Source of the DNA: Micromonosporaceae bacterium
GTDB taxonomy: Bacteria; Actinomycetota; Actinomycetes; Mycobacteriales; Micromonosporaceae
Length of the DNA: 60,932 nt
NCBI GenBank assembly: GCA_050701795.1
Contig: JBOGDK010000001.1
Location: forward strand, 1-60,932
Reading direction: 5' to 3'
The notes beneath the pieces were generated by a model that ran no database searches, was not told where the DNA came from, and was given only the letters and a program-made list of their open reading frames with translations. The translations under genes and the position numbers were made by a program. The first letter of the stretch is position 1, and each line of letters begins with the position of its first letter. This document shows, one piece after another, positions 37,035-46,685 of the stretch.

Positions 37035-37649
37035 ATGCAGTGGCCGCTACAGACACAAGGGCTGCGGCGGGCGGTATTGAAACGGGCCGCTTCGCAGTAT
37101 GCCCGCCACGGCTGGCCTGTGGTACCAGGCGCGTACCCGATTTCTGGACGGTTTCTGTGCGATAGGCCCGGATGTCCGACCCGCGGCTGTCATCCCGCAT
37201 TTGAAGACTGGCAGCAGAAGGCCGCACGCAGGCCGGCCGACGTCAACGGATGGTGGTCGCGGCGTCCGCACAGCGTCCTGTTGCAGACCGGTACGGCGTT
37301 CGACGTCATCGAGGTGCCCGGGAATCTCGGAAAGGCCGCGCTGCGCCGGCTCGGCCCGTACCGGCGCGACCCGGTCTCCATCGCCCCGAATGGACGGTGG
37401 ATGTTCTTCGTACGCCGCGGCGAGCAGCTCCGTGCCGAGCTGACCGACCAGCTCCGGGTGATCCTCCACAGTGAAGGCTCATGGGTGCCGGCACCACCGA
37501 CCCGGTTCCCCGAAGGCCGGGTGCGCTGGTTGATCACACCCACCGACGCCGGATGGCGGCTCGGGGACCCGGGCCGGATCCAGGGTGCCCTGGCGGCGGG
37601 TGGTCGGTGCCGGGAGCGGCCCGATCAGGTTTCCGGATACCGGTGGTAA
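37035..37649 (+). CDS. Bifunctional DNA primase/polymerase (Prim-Pol) N-terminal-domain-only protein
   Basis: 204 aa. YARHGWPVVPG...C..PGCPTRGCHP...WWSRRPHSVLLQTGTAFDVIEVP resembles the actinobacterial Prim-Pol domain. Strong RBS GAGGAGG. The first ~50 codons have low GC3. Confidence 0.65.
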   Translation: MQWPLQTQGLRRAVLKRAASQYARHGWPVVPGAYPISGRFLCDRPGCPTRGCHPAFEDWQQKAARRPADVNGWWSRRPHSVLLQTGTAFDVIEVPGNLGKAALRRLGPYRRDPVSIAPNGRWMFFVRRGEQLRAELTDQLRVILHSEGSWVPAPPTRFPEGRVRWLITPTDAGWRLGDPGRIQGALAAGGRCRERPDQVSGYRW

Positions 37650-39184
37650 CCCGGGAAGTTGCCGTACAGCTTCTCATCCGGTACGTCGGTGACCGCCTGC
37701 ACCAGCAGCTCGCCGCCCGCGAACGCGCCCTTCCACGACGCCCCGACACCACCGAACGGTTCCGCCTTGTCCCCGCGGGAACGTGGCTTGTTCACCCCCA
37801 CCTTGAAGGCCTGTACCTCGGCGGCGAGCTTGCCCGCGAGCTCCTCGTCGTCACAGGCCAGGCTCGCCACCAGGGCGCCGTTGGACGCGTTCATCGCGGC
37901 CAGCAGCTCCGCCTCGGTGTCCACCACCACGATCGTGTCCACCGGGCCGAACGGCTCGGCGTGCATCAACCGGGCCGATCCGGGCGGGGCCAGCAACGTC
38001 ACCGGAGCGACGTACGCGGAGCTGTCCTGACCAGGTACGAACCGCGCCGGATCCAGCGAGGCACGGTGCAGCGGTACCGCCCCGCCGGCCAGTGCTTCGT
38101 CGACCCGTTCGTGCAGCTCGGTCACCTTCGCGGCACTGATCAGCGGGCCGAAATCCAGCTCCGGCAGCGGGTCGGCATCGTCGGCGACCGCCAACGGGTG
38201 CCCGATCGCGATCGACCTGGCCACCGGCAGGTACGTGTCCAGGAACTTGTCCACCAGCTTGCGCTGCACCACGAACCGGGGGTACGCGGTGCACCGCTGC
38301 TTGCCGTACTCGAAGCCCCTCTTCAGGTGCTTGGCCAGATCGTCCCACTGGGAGTACTCCCAGACGCCCCAGGCGTTGAGGCCCTCCATCTCCAGCATGT
38401 GGCGTTTGCTGGTGTCCACCAGCTGGGCGGCCACCCGGCCACCGACGTCCCGGCCGCCGACGAACGCCACGGCACCCACCGCGTCGGAACGTACCAACAC
38501 TTCGGACAGTTGCGACCCACGCCCGGACAGCAGCGTGACCGGCAGCCCGGCGGCGTGCATCAGGGCGTGCGCCACGGTCAGGCACACCCCGCCACCCTGC
38601 GTCGGGGTCTTCGCGATCACGGCGTTGCCGGCCAGCAACTGCACCAGTTCGGCATGCACCAGCACACTCATCGGGTAGTTCCAGCTCGCGATGTTGCTCA
38701 CCGGGCCGGGTAGCGGGTTACGCCGGCGACCGTCAGGGTCGACGAGCATGCCGTCGACCTCGTCGAGGTACCAGCGCACCCCGTCCAGAGCACGGTCCAC
38801 ATCGGCGCTGGCTAGCCGCCACGGCTTGCCGATCTCCCACATCAGCAGGTGCGCCAGCAGCTCCCGCTGCTCGGTCATCGCCTGCACCGCGGCGCGTACC
38901 CGGGTCTTTCGTTCCGCCAGCGGCACCGCTCCCCATTCGGCGTGCTGCTCGGTGGCCGCCCGTACCGCCCGGGCGGCCTGGGAGGCGTCCAGCATCGGGA
39001 GGTTCAACAGGGTGCTGCCGTCGACCGGGGTCACCACTGGCGCCGAGGCGCCCTCGTCGCTCCACCGGCCGTCGATCAGGTTGCGGGTACGGTCCCCCGC
39101 GAACCCCTCGGGGGCAACTCTGGCGGCCGTGGCGAGCAGCCGGTTCCACTGCAGATGGGCGGGTACGTGAAGCTGCGCTGTCAT
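37625..39184 (-). CDS. Aldehyde dehydrogenase family protein
   Basis: 519 aa. LEMEGLNA (catalytic Glu region) and GKQRCTA (catalytic Cys region). Confidence 0.85.
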   Translation of the reverse strand: MTAQLHVPAHLQWNRLLATAARVAPEGFAGDRTRNLIDGRWSDEGASAPVVTPVDGSTLLNLPMLDASQAARAVRAATEQHAEWGAVPLAERKTRVRAAVQAMTEQRELLAHLLMWEIGKPWRLASADVDRALDGVRWYLDEVDGMLVDPDGRRRNPLPGPVSNIASWNYPMSVLVHAELVQLLAGNAVIAKTPTQGGGVCLTVAHALMHAAGLPVTLLSGRGSQLSEVLVRSDAVGAVAFVGGRDVGGRVAAQLVDTSKRHMLEMEGLNAWGVWEYSQWDDLAKHLKRGFEYGKQRCTAYPRFVVQRKLVDKFLDTYLPVARSIAIGHPLAVADDADPLPELDFGPLISAAKVTELHERVDEALAGGAVPLHRASLDPARFVPGQDSSAYVAPVTLLAPPGSARLMHAEPFGPVDTIVVVDTEAELLAAMNASNGALVASLACDDEELAGKLAAEVQAFKVGVNKPRSRGDKAEPFGGVGASWKGAFAGGELLVQAVTDVPDEKLYGNFPGYHRYPET

Positions 39185-39529
39185 CGGCGTCCTCGACTCT
39201 CGAGTCCGGGCCCGTGACCGGGCTGAGTGCTGGGCGGGATGCGCCGCGCTGGGTGGTCACCGCGCGGCGGTGTGCGAGCTCCTCGCCGTTGAGCAGCCGA
39301 GACTTCCCTCTGAGGCTAAGCGCCGGCGTCGGCCACGGCCACCGGTAGGTGACCGAACCCACTGGGACCGCGTACCAGCATCTGGTAGATGATCTCCAGC
39401 CTTCGGGACCAGCCGGTGCCGCCGCGACGCACGCCACCCACGCGACGGACCACCAGAGACGTTGCGCTGCGACGAGTTTCACCGTGCTCCGGTAGGGCCG
39501 AACGGCGGCATCCCCGGGATGCTTGTCCC

Positions 39530-40780
39530 GTGCGCATCACCTCCGTACCCGCCGACACCGAGCTGCTCGACCTCCCCTGGTCGACCCCGCTGGAACAGTG
39601 GCGCTCCGCCCAGCTGGTGACCCTGCCCCGGGGGATCTCCCGGCACGTGGTGCGGTTCGTACGGATCAACGGCACGGTGTACGCGATCAAGGAGACCCCG
39701 ACCCGGATGGCCGAACGCGAGTACGGGCTGCTGCGTGCTCTGGAACGGATCGGCACCCCGTCGGTCGAGGCGATCGCGGTGGTGCACGACCGTACCGGGT
39801 CCGACGGTGCCGAGATCGGCGCGGCGTTGATCACCCGGCACCTGCAGTTCTCGCTGCCGTACCGTGCCTTGTTCAGCCACACGCTGCGTCCGGACACGCT
39901 GAACCGGCTGCTCGACGCGCTCGCGCTGCTGCTGGTACGGATGCACCTGGCCGGCTTCTTCTGGGGCGACTGTTCCCTGTCCAACACCCTGTTCCGGCGC
40001 GACGCCGGTGCGTTCGCGGCGTACCTGGTGGACGCCGAGACCGGGGCGATCCACCCTCACCTGTCCGACGGGCAACGTACCGAGGACATCGAGTTGGCCC
40101 GGGTGAACATCTTCGGGGAGGCGCTCGACGTCCAGGCCGCGGAGTTGCTGGACCCCTCGATCGACCCCGAACAGGTCAGCGCCGAGGTGGTACGCCGCTA
40201 CCAGGCACTGTGGCACGAGCTGACGTACTCCGAATTCGTGCCGTACGACGAACGTCACCGCCTGGAGGCACGGGTACGCCGCCTCAACGAGCTGGGCTTC
40301 GACGTGGAGGAGCTGACACTGGCCACGGTGGGCGGGGGCTACACCGTGCAACCGAAGGTGGTCGACGCCGGGCACCACACCCGGCGGTTGATCCGGTTGA
40401 CCGGGCTCGACGCCCAGGAGAACCAGGCACGCCGGCTGCTCAACGACCTCGACCGGTTCCGTGCCGAACACGGCATCGACGACGAGGACGTGGCCGCACA
40501 CCGCTGGCTGACCCAGATCTTCGAACCGGTGGTACGTGCCGTACCACCGGAGCTGCGCGGCAAGCTGGAGCCGCCGGAGGTCTTCCACCAGCTGCTCGAC
40601 CACCGCTGGTATCTGTCCGAAACGGCCGGCGGGGACGTCGGATTCACCGGCGCCCTGCCCTCGTTCCTCACGGGCGTCCTACCTCACAAACCGGACGAGC
40701 GGGCGCTGCTCGACCGCGAAGACCCAGACGCCGGCGCCGACATCGACGAGTCCACTGGGGGCGTAGCGGCTCAGCCGTGA
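39530..40780 (+). CDS. DUF4032 / lipopolysaccharide-kinase-like domain protein
   Basis: The GTG start gives VRITSVPADTELLDLPWSTPLEQW...YAIKET...EY.LLR, a kinase-like N-lobe. The upstream 47 codons of the track ORF are Arg/Pro-rich. Confidence 0.65.
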   Translation: MRITSVPADTELLDLPWSTPLEQWRSAQLVTLPRGISRHVVRFVRINGTVYAIKETPTRMAEREYGLLRALERIGTPSVEAIAVVHDRTGSDGAEIGAALITRHLQFSLPYRALFSHTLRPDTLNRLLDALALLLVRMHLAGFFWGDCSLSNTLFRRDAGAFAAYLVDAETGAIHPHLSDGQRTEDIELARVNIFGEALDVQAAELLDPSIDPEQVSAEVVRRYQALWHELTYSEFVPYDERHRLEARVRRLNELGFDVEELTLATVGGGYTVQPKVVDAGHHTRRLIRLTGLDAQENQARRLLNDLDRFRAEHGIDDEDVAAHRWLTQIFEPVVRAVPPELRGKLEPPEVFHQLLDHRWYLSETAGGDVGFTGALPSFLTGVLPHKPDERALLDREDPDAGADIDESTGGVAAQP

Positions 40781-42288
40781 TCGTAGTGTCCGGGTGGATC
40801 ACCGACCCGGCCCCGGGAGCCTGGTTTCACCAGGACGAACTGGCCCATCATCCCGCTGTCCTCGTGCGCCAGCAGGTGGCAGTGGAACATGTACGGCGCC
40901 CGGCGGTCCGGGTACGGGCCGAACCGCACCGCGAACCGTACGGTCGCCCCAGGTGGTACGTACACCGTGTCCTTGCGTCCACGTTGCCAGGCCGGGGGCG
41001 GCCGACCGTCCACATCGATCACCCGGAACGCCGCGTTGTGTACGTGGAAGTTGTGCGGAATCCCCTGGGTGTTGCGTACCCGCCACACCTCGGCGGTCCC
41101 GGACGTGGCGGCGAAGTCGATCCGGTCCATGTCCATGGTGCGACCGTTGATGGTGAAATCCCCCAGGTCGAAGGCTCGCCGCGGGGCATCCGGCGACGGG
41201 GTGATCGGCGGTGCGCTCCTAAGTGGCCGCGGTGGTGCCGGATTGCCGGTCAGCTCGGCGGCGGTTCGTAACTGCAGCAGGTCGAACGTGTCGTCGCCAC
41301 CGGCAAGCTTCTCGTAGAACGGGTTGCCGCCCAGCTCAGGGGGAAAGCTTCGCAGCACCACCCGCTCCGAGGGCCTGAACCTGGCCACGATCTCGATCCG
41401 CTCCCCCGGCGAGAGCATCACCCGCCGGGTGGCCACCGGCGCGGGCAGCAGGCCGGTGTCGGTGCCGACGACCTCGAACGGCCGGTCGTCGGTGAAGCCG
41501 ATGTCGTACACCCGGGCGGTGCTCGCGTTGAGCACCCGGAACCGGGTGTACCGCGACCTCACCGTCAGGTACGGATCGTGCGTCCCGTTGACCAGGATCT
41601 CCTCGCCCAGCAGCCCGGTGACGTGCCGCCCACCGAAGCTGATGCCAGTCTCGTCCAACCGCCCGTCGGCGGTGAAGTTCTTGTCCTGCACCACCAGCGG
41701 GATGTCGTCGACGCCGTACCGCCTGGGCAGGCCGGACCGCGCGGACGTCGCGTCGTTGACGTAGATCAACCCGGCGACGCCCCGGTAGACGTGCCGCGCG
41801 GTCTGTCCGTGCGGGTGCGGGTGGTACCACAGGGTGGCCGCCGGCTGGTCCACCGTCCAGGACGGTGACCAGGTGGTCCCGGGCGCGATCGATTGGTGCG
41901 GCCCGCCGTCGGAGGCCGCGGGAAGCTCCATCCCGTGCCAGTGCATCGTGGTCGGCTCCGGCAGCCCATTGTGGACGTTGACGCGGACCCGGTCACCACG
42001 GCGGATCCGCAGTGTCGGGCCCAGGTAGCTTCCGTTGACCCCCCAGGTGGGGGTGCGCCTGCCCGCCAGAAGCTCAGTGACACCGGTGTCTGCCCGCAGA
42101 TCGAAGACCCGACGGCCGCCTTGCGTGGTAGCCGGATCCAGCATCGGCGGGATCGCCAGGGGCTGCCGGAAACTCAGCTCGCCGACGTTGCCGCGGCTGG
42201 CGTCGTACCACAGCCAACCGGCGACCGCCGCGACCGGCAGCAGCACCGCGACCACCAGAACACCGACCAGCAACCGCACCACCCGCAT
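40771..42288 (-). CDS. Multicopper oxidase, membrane-anchored or secreted
   Basis: All four copper motifs are present: HWHG, HPHPHG, HNFHVH, HCHLLAHEDSGM. The start MRVVRLLVG overlaps the upstream stop (TGATG). Confidence 0.9.
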   Translation of the reverse strand: MRVVRLLVGVLVVAVLLPVAAVAGWLWYDASRGNVGELSFRQPLAIPPMLDPATTQGGRRVFDLRADTGVTELLAGRRTPTWGVNGSYLGPTLRIRRGDRVRVNVHNGLPEPTTMHWHGMELPAASDGGPHQSIAPGTTWSPSWTVDQPAATLWYHPHPHGQTARHVYRGVAGLIYVNDATSARSGLPRRYGVDDIPLVVQDKNFTADGRLDETGISFGGRHVTGLLGEEILVNGTHDPYLTVRSRYTRFRVLNASTARVYDIGFTDDRPFEVVGTDTGLLPAPVATRRVMLSPGERIEIVARFRPSERVVLRSFPPELGGNPFYEKLAGGDDTFDLLQLRTAAELTGNPAPPRPLRSAPPITPSPDAPRRAFDLGDFTINGRTMDMDRIDFAATSGTAEVWRVRNTQGIPHNFHVHNAAFRVIDVDGRPPPAWQRGRKDTVYVPPGATVRFAVRFGPYPDRRAPYMFHCHLLAHEDSGMMGQFVLVKPGSRGRVGDPPGHYDHG

Positions 42289-42515
42289 CAGGCCGTGCCC
42301 TGCCGGTCGTGGTCCTCGCCGGTGCCCCGCCGTCGCGGCCACGCCGCCAGCGCCACCCCGACCCCGACACCCCAGAACCCGAGCAACCGCTCCGGCATCG
42401 GCACCAGGCCCACGTTGCCCACCAACTCCGGCAACGGGATGAAGAATCCGCCGATCAGGAAGAACCCGCTCAGCAGGATCAGTCCCGCACCGACGATCAC
42501 GCGCGCGCTCCGCAT
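42288..42515 (-). CDS. Small two-helix membrane protein translationally coupled to the multicopper oxidase
   Basis: 75 aa, high GC3. RBS GGAGG lies 8 nt before the ATG at 42515. The stop overlaps the oxidase start. Confidence 0.6.
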   Translation of the reverse strand: MRSARVIVGAGLILLSGFFLIGGFFIPLPELVGNVGLVPMPERLLGFWGVGVGVALAAWPRRRGTGEDHDRQGTA

Positions 42516-42668
42516 CGACACCACCTCCGATTCGACTGGTACACGACGCTACGGTCGGTCACCGCGCTGGCGCGTCGTCGTACCGGAGCCGGGTTACCTA
42601 CTCATCCCGTACGGCAACTACTCCCTGAGGAGTACGCGACAGTCCACGGCGTCCGCGATCATCAGTGC

Positions 42669-43835
42669 ATGAGGTTCGTACGCTGGCCCGACCGCCCAGT
42701 CGACGCGCTGCTCGCGCTGCTCGTCGCCGCGGCCCTGGCGCTCGCGGTGGCGCTCGCGGAGGAGCCTGCGTCCCGACCGTCCGCGGTCGGTGGCTACCTG
42801 GTGAGCGTCACGCTCGGTGGCCTGCTGCTGGTCAGGCGCCGGTACCCGGTGGGTGTCCTGGTCGCCTCGGCGGCCGCGGTGCTGGCCTACCACGCAGCCG
42901 GATGGCCGGCGATCGGCTACCTGTGGCCGCTGACAGTGCCGCTCTACACCGCGGGTGCCGCCGGCCGGGCCGCGCTCTCGGTCGGGGTGGGTTCGGTGCT
43001 GATCGCCCAGGGCGCGGCGTGGCGGCTGCTGATCGACGCCGAATCCGGGCTACGGCTGGCCGACGAGGTGATCCGGGACGCCGCATGGCTCGGGCTCGTG
43101 GTCGCGCTCGGGGTGGCGGTCCACAACCGGCGCGGCTGGGAGACCGCCACCCGGGAGCAGGTCCGTGCCGTCGCGCAGGAGCAGGCCGAGGCACTACGAC
43201 GGCGGGGGGTCGAGGAACGCTTGGGGGTCGCCCGCGAGCTGCACGACCTGGTGGCTCACACCCTCACGGTGGTGGGTGTCAGTCTGCACGTCGCCGACGA
43301 GGCTCTCGACCGGTCTCCCACCCGGGCACGGAAGGCGATCGCCGAGGCCCAGCGGGTACGCGGCGACGCGATGGGAGAACTGCGCTCCCTGATCCGGGTG
43401 TTGCGGGCTGACCCCGACGAGGCCGCGCCCCGGCTGCCGTCACCCGGGTTGGCCGAGTTGGACGCCGTACTCGCCGACGCTCGTCGCGGCGGCCTGTCGA
43501 TCACCCGGGACGAGACGGGTGATCCGTCCTCGGTGCCCCCGGCGGTGGCGCTCGCCGCGTACCACATCGTGCGGGAGGCGATCACCAACGTGCTCCGCCA
43601 CGCCGATGCCCGGCACGTCACCCTGCGGTTGTGCTACGACCCCGACGAGGTGGCGGTCGACGTCGTCGACGACGGCACCGGGGCAGGCGGCGCCCCGGTC
43701 GCCACGACCGGGCACGGGATCTCCGGAATGCGGGAACGCGCCCTCGCGCTGGGCGGCGGGCTCGACGCCGGGCCCGAGGCGGACGGTGGGTACGCCGTCC
43801 GCGCCCGCCTCCCCGTGGCAGGGTCGGTGGCATGA
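42669..43835 (+). CDS. Sensor histidine kinase (HisKA_3 / NarL-partner type)
   Basis: Multi-TM N-terminus. H-box RELHDLVAHTLT. HATPase_c with ITNVLRHA and GHGISGMRERA. Confidence 0.9.
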   Translation: MRFVRWPDRPVDALLALLVAAALALAVALAEEPASRPSAVGGYLVSVTLGGLLLVRRRYPVGVLVASAAAVLAYHAAGWPAIGYLWPLTVPLYTAGAAGRAALSVGVGSVLIAQGAAWRLLIDAESGLRLADEVIRDAAWLGLVVALGVAVHNRRGWETATREQVRAVAQEQAEALRRRGVEERLGVARELHDLVAHTLTVVGVSLHVADEALDRSPTRARKAIAEAQRVRGDAMGELRSLIRVLRADPDEAAPRLPSPGLAELDAVLADARRGGLSITRDETGDPSSVPPAVALAAYHIVREAITNVLRHADARHVTLRLCYDPDEVAVDVVDDGTGAGGAPVATTGHGISGMRERALALGGGLDAGPEADGGYAVRARLPVAGSVA

Positions 43836-44497
43836 CGATCCGTGTCCTGCTCGCCGACGACCAGTCCCTGGTACGGGCGGGCTTCGCCGAGCTGCTCTGC
43901 CGGGACGGCGACATCACAGTGGTCGCCGAAGCGGCCACCGGGACCGAGGCGATCGCCAAGGTACGCAGGCACCGCCCCGATGTCGCACTGATGGACATCC
44001 GGATGCCGGAGCTGGACGGCCTCGACGCCACCCACCGGATCGCCGGCGACCCGGAACTGGCCGGCACCAAGGTCATCGTGGTGACCACGTTCGAGCTCGA
44101 CGAGTACGTCTTCACCGCGCTGCGCGGCGGCGCCAGCGGTTTCCTCACCAAGGACGTCACCCCGGATGAACTCCGTCGCGCGGTACGCATCGTCGCCGCC
44201 GGCGACGCGTTGCTGACACCGTCGGTGACCCGCCGGGTGATCTCCCAGTACGCGGGCCGTGCCGCGGTCTCCGCGTACGACAGGGACCGACTCGCCATGC
44301 TCACCGAGCGGGAGCGGGAGGTGGTCGCCCTGGTGGCCGAGGGCCTGTCAAACTCCGACATCGGTTCCCGGCTGTACATGAGTCCGCTCACCGCGAAGAC
44401 GCACGTCAGCCGGGCGATCGGCAAGCTCGGGGTGCGCGACCGGGTGCAGTTGGTGGTGCTGGCGTACCAGACCGGCTTGGTGGCTCCGCCACGGTGA
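43832..44497 (+). CDS. Response regulator, NarL/LuxR family
   Basis: MTIRVLLADDQ...DVALMDIRMP receiver domain. LTEREREVVALVAEGLSNSDIG HTH. ATGA overlap with the kinase stop. Confidence 0.9.
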   Translation: MTIRVLLADDQSLVRAGFAELLCRDGDITVVAEAATGTEAIAKVRRHRPDVALMDIRMPELDGLDATHRIAGDPELAGTKVIVVTTFELDEYVFTALRGGASGFLTKDVTPDELRRAVRIVAAGDALLTPSVTRRVISQYAGRAAVSAYDRDRLAMLTEREREVVALVAEGLSNSDIGSRLYMSPLTAKTHVSRAIGKLGVRDRVQLVVLAYQTGLVAPPR

Positions 44498-44614
44498 CTC
44501 CCGCTCCCCGCTCCCGCACGGGCACCGCGCGGCCCGGTCGGGTGATTATCGGTGGCGCGGACGGTGGGGCTGGCGCAGACTGGCGTGGTAGGCCAAGACT
44601 CCGGGGTGTTGCTG

Positions 44615-45331
44615 ATGAAACCCGCACTCGACGCCACACCAGACCTGATCCCCGTGCTGTCCCGCGGCAAGCACCGTAACCCCCGTAAGGGCGCGTGCTT
44701 GATGGAGTTCGCCTCGTACCTCGCCGGGGAACGCTGGAGCGACCATCCGGACTGCACCCATCCGCTGCTCGCCACGCTGGCCCGTCTGGTCAACGACTAC
44801 ACCACCGACGTGGGTCGCAACCGGCTCGCGGGCCTCGCCCCCTCGGTGATCGGAGTCACCGGCGACGATCTGCGGCTGGAGGCCCGGATCGTGCTGCGCT
44901 GCGCGACGACGGCACTGCCGATCGCGTCGTACGAACGGCAGCGGGTGATGGCCGTGGCCGTCCTCACCGCGGAACGCATCCTCGCCGACCTGAACGGCGG
45001 ATGTCCCCACTCACTCACCACCCGGAGTAGCTGGGCGCTGTCCCAGGCGCCGGACGCGGCATTGTGGGCCGAACGGTTCACCCGGCGCAGCCGTACCTCC
45101 CAGCGGCGATTCCGTCGCCATGCCGCACCCAGTGCGGTGCACTTCGCGGTGGATGGGATCGCCCGCGCCTGCGTACCGGATCCTGACGCCGTCCTGTACC
45201 AGCTACTCGCGAACACGATCGACGACTGCCGCTCCCTGCTCGGCTCGCAGGCCCAGGAGTCCCCTACCGCAGTTGTTTCGGTGGCACGCGTGAACGCCGC
45301 TAGTGAGCCTCCACACCTCACCTGTGCATGA
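44615..45331 (+). CDS. Hypothetical protein
   Basis: 238 aa from MKPALDATPDLIPVLSRGKHRNPRKGACLMEFASYLAGERWSDHP. Protein-like composition and high GC3. No family recognised. Confidence 0.55.
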   Translation: MKPALDATPDLIPVLSRGKHRNPRKGACLMEFASYLAGERWSDHPDCTHPLLATLARLVNDYTTDVGRNRLAGLAPSVIGVTGDDLRLEARIVLRCATTALPIASYERQRVMAVAVLTAERILADLNGGCPHSLTTRSSWALSQAPDAALWAERFTRRSRTSQRRFRRHAAPSAVHFAVDGIARACVPDPDAVLYQLLANTIDDCRSLLGSQAQESPTAVVSVARVNAASEPPHLTCA

Positions 45332-45386
45332 TCAGCGGCAATGGGTAATGAACCCGACAAACCCCTATTTCCGGGTATGCAACTGT

Positions 45387-45404
45387 TAGCCGATCTGTCG
45401 GCTA
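45387..45404. promoter_or_regulatory. Perfect palindrome TAGCCGA-tctg-TCGGCTA in an AT-richer leader
   Basis: 7-bp arms, about 100 nt upstream of the ScyD/ScyE-like gene start. Confidence 0.3.
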
Positions 45405-45503
45405 TACGACAAATGTGCCCGAAGTATCACCGGAGCCCCGCCAGCTCGTCCGGTTCCGACGGAGACTCCCGGAAGGCTCCGTACGTGATGGAGGGGGTTC
45501 ACA

Positions 45504-46616
45504 ATGCGGAAGCTTTCCCGTTCTCTGCTGGTCGTGATCGCGGCCACCGCGAGCGTCGCGTTTTCGCTGGTCGGAGCACCAGCGCAGGCGGCTGGAGCGA
45601 CCCGTACAATCGCCAGCGGCCTCGATAATCCACGTGGCCTGACCTTCGGGCCCGACGGCTCCTTGTACGTCGCCGAGGCCGGTCGCGGCGGCACCGAACC
45701 GTGCATCACCGGCCCGGAAGGTGAGGAAGTGTGCTGGGGTTCCAGCGGCGCCATCACCAGGATCGGGCACGGAGGCACGAAGCGAGTCGTGAAGGGCCTG
45801 GGATCGCTCGCGAACCGCGACGGCTCATCGGCCATCGGGCCGTCGGACGTGTCGTTCGCCGGAAAGCACATGTACTTCACCGTCGGTCTCGGGGCGGACC
45901 CGGCGGTCCGCAACGATCTGCCGAAACGTGGTCAGCAGACCAATGGCTGGCTGCTGCACGGCAGCAAGCACAAGCTCAGCGCCGAACAGGTCGCCGACAT
46001 CGCCGGATTCGAGGCCCGACGGGACCCGGACCGCGCCGGACCCGACAGCAACCCGAACTCGCTCCTCGCCACCAGGCACGGCCAGGTGGTCGTGGACGCG
46101 GGCGGCAACACACTGCTGTGGGTGACGCGGAGCGGGCGGATCTTCAAGATCGCGCAGTTCCCCACCAGAAACGTCCCCGCCCCACCTGAGCTCGGAGAGC
46201 CTGCCGGGACCGAGATACCCATGCAGGCCGTACCGACCTCGGTGGTCTGGGGACCTGACGGCGCCCTGTACGTCGGTCAGCTGACCGGCTTCCCGTTCCC
46301 GAAGGGTGAGGCGCTGGTCTACCGGGTCGTACCGGGCAAGAAACCCACGGTGTACGCCAAGGGCTTCACCAACATCATCGACATCGGCTTCTCGGGCAGG
46401 AACCTGTACGTACTCGAGATCTCCGCCAACGGGCTGCTGTCAGGCAACCCTCAGGGCGCGTTGATCAAGGTCGGCAAGGGCTCCACGCACAAGACGGTGT
46501 TGTCCAAGGGCCTCACCATGCCGGGTGGTCTGGCGATCCGCCACGGCTTCGGCTACGTGTCCAACTGCAGCGTCTGCCCCGGTAAAGGCAGCGTGCTGCG
46601 GGTACGGCTGCACTGA
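45504..46616 (+). CDS. Secreted ScyD/ScyE-family (NHL-like beta-propeller) protein
   Basis: Signal peptide, then IASGLDNPRGLTFGPDGSLYVAEAGRGG and repeated propeller blades. Confidence 0.75.
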   Translation: MRKLSRSLLVVIAATASVAFSLVGAPAQAAGATRTIASGLDNPRGLTFGPDGSLYVAEAGRGGTEPCITGPEGEEVCWGSSGAITRIGHGGTKRVVKGLGSLANRDGSSAIGPSDVSFAGKHMYFTVGLGADPAVRNDLPKRGQQTNGWLLHGSKHKLSAEQVADIAGFEARRDPDRAGPDSNPNSLLATRHGQVVVDAGGNTLLWVTRSGRIFKIAQFPTRNVPAPPELGEPAGTEIPMQAVPTSVVWGPDGALYVGQLTGFPFPKGEALVYRVVPGKKPTVYAKGFTNIIDIGFSGRNLYVLEISANGLLSGNPQGALIKVGKGSTHKTVLSKGLTMPGGLAIRHGFGYVSNCSVCPGKGSVLRVRLH

Positions 46617-46645
46617 GTCGCACGGCGCGGTGCGCGGTCGGTTAC

Positions 46646-46672
46646 GGCCCCGCACCGACGGCGTTCGGGGCC
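46646..46672. terminator. Hairpin between convergent genes
   Basis: GGCCCCG-n13-CGGGGCC. Confidence 0.4.
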
Positions 46673-46685
46673 CGTGGCCCCACGA

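Noticed and set aside
43618-44793. 391-aa minus-strand ORF over the response regulator
   Set aside because: It is antisense to a canonical NarL-type regulator and has a Ser/Arg/Pro-rich translation.
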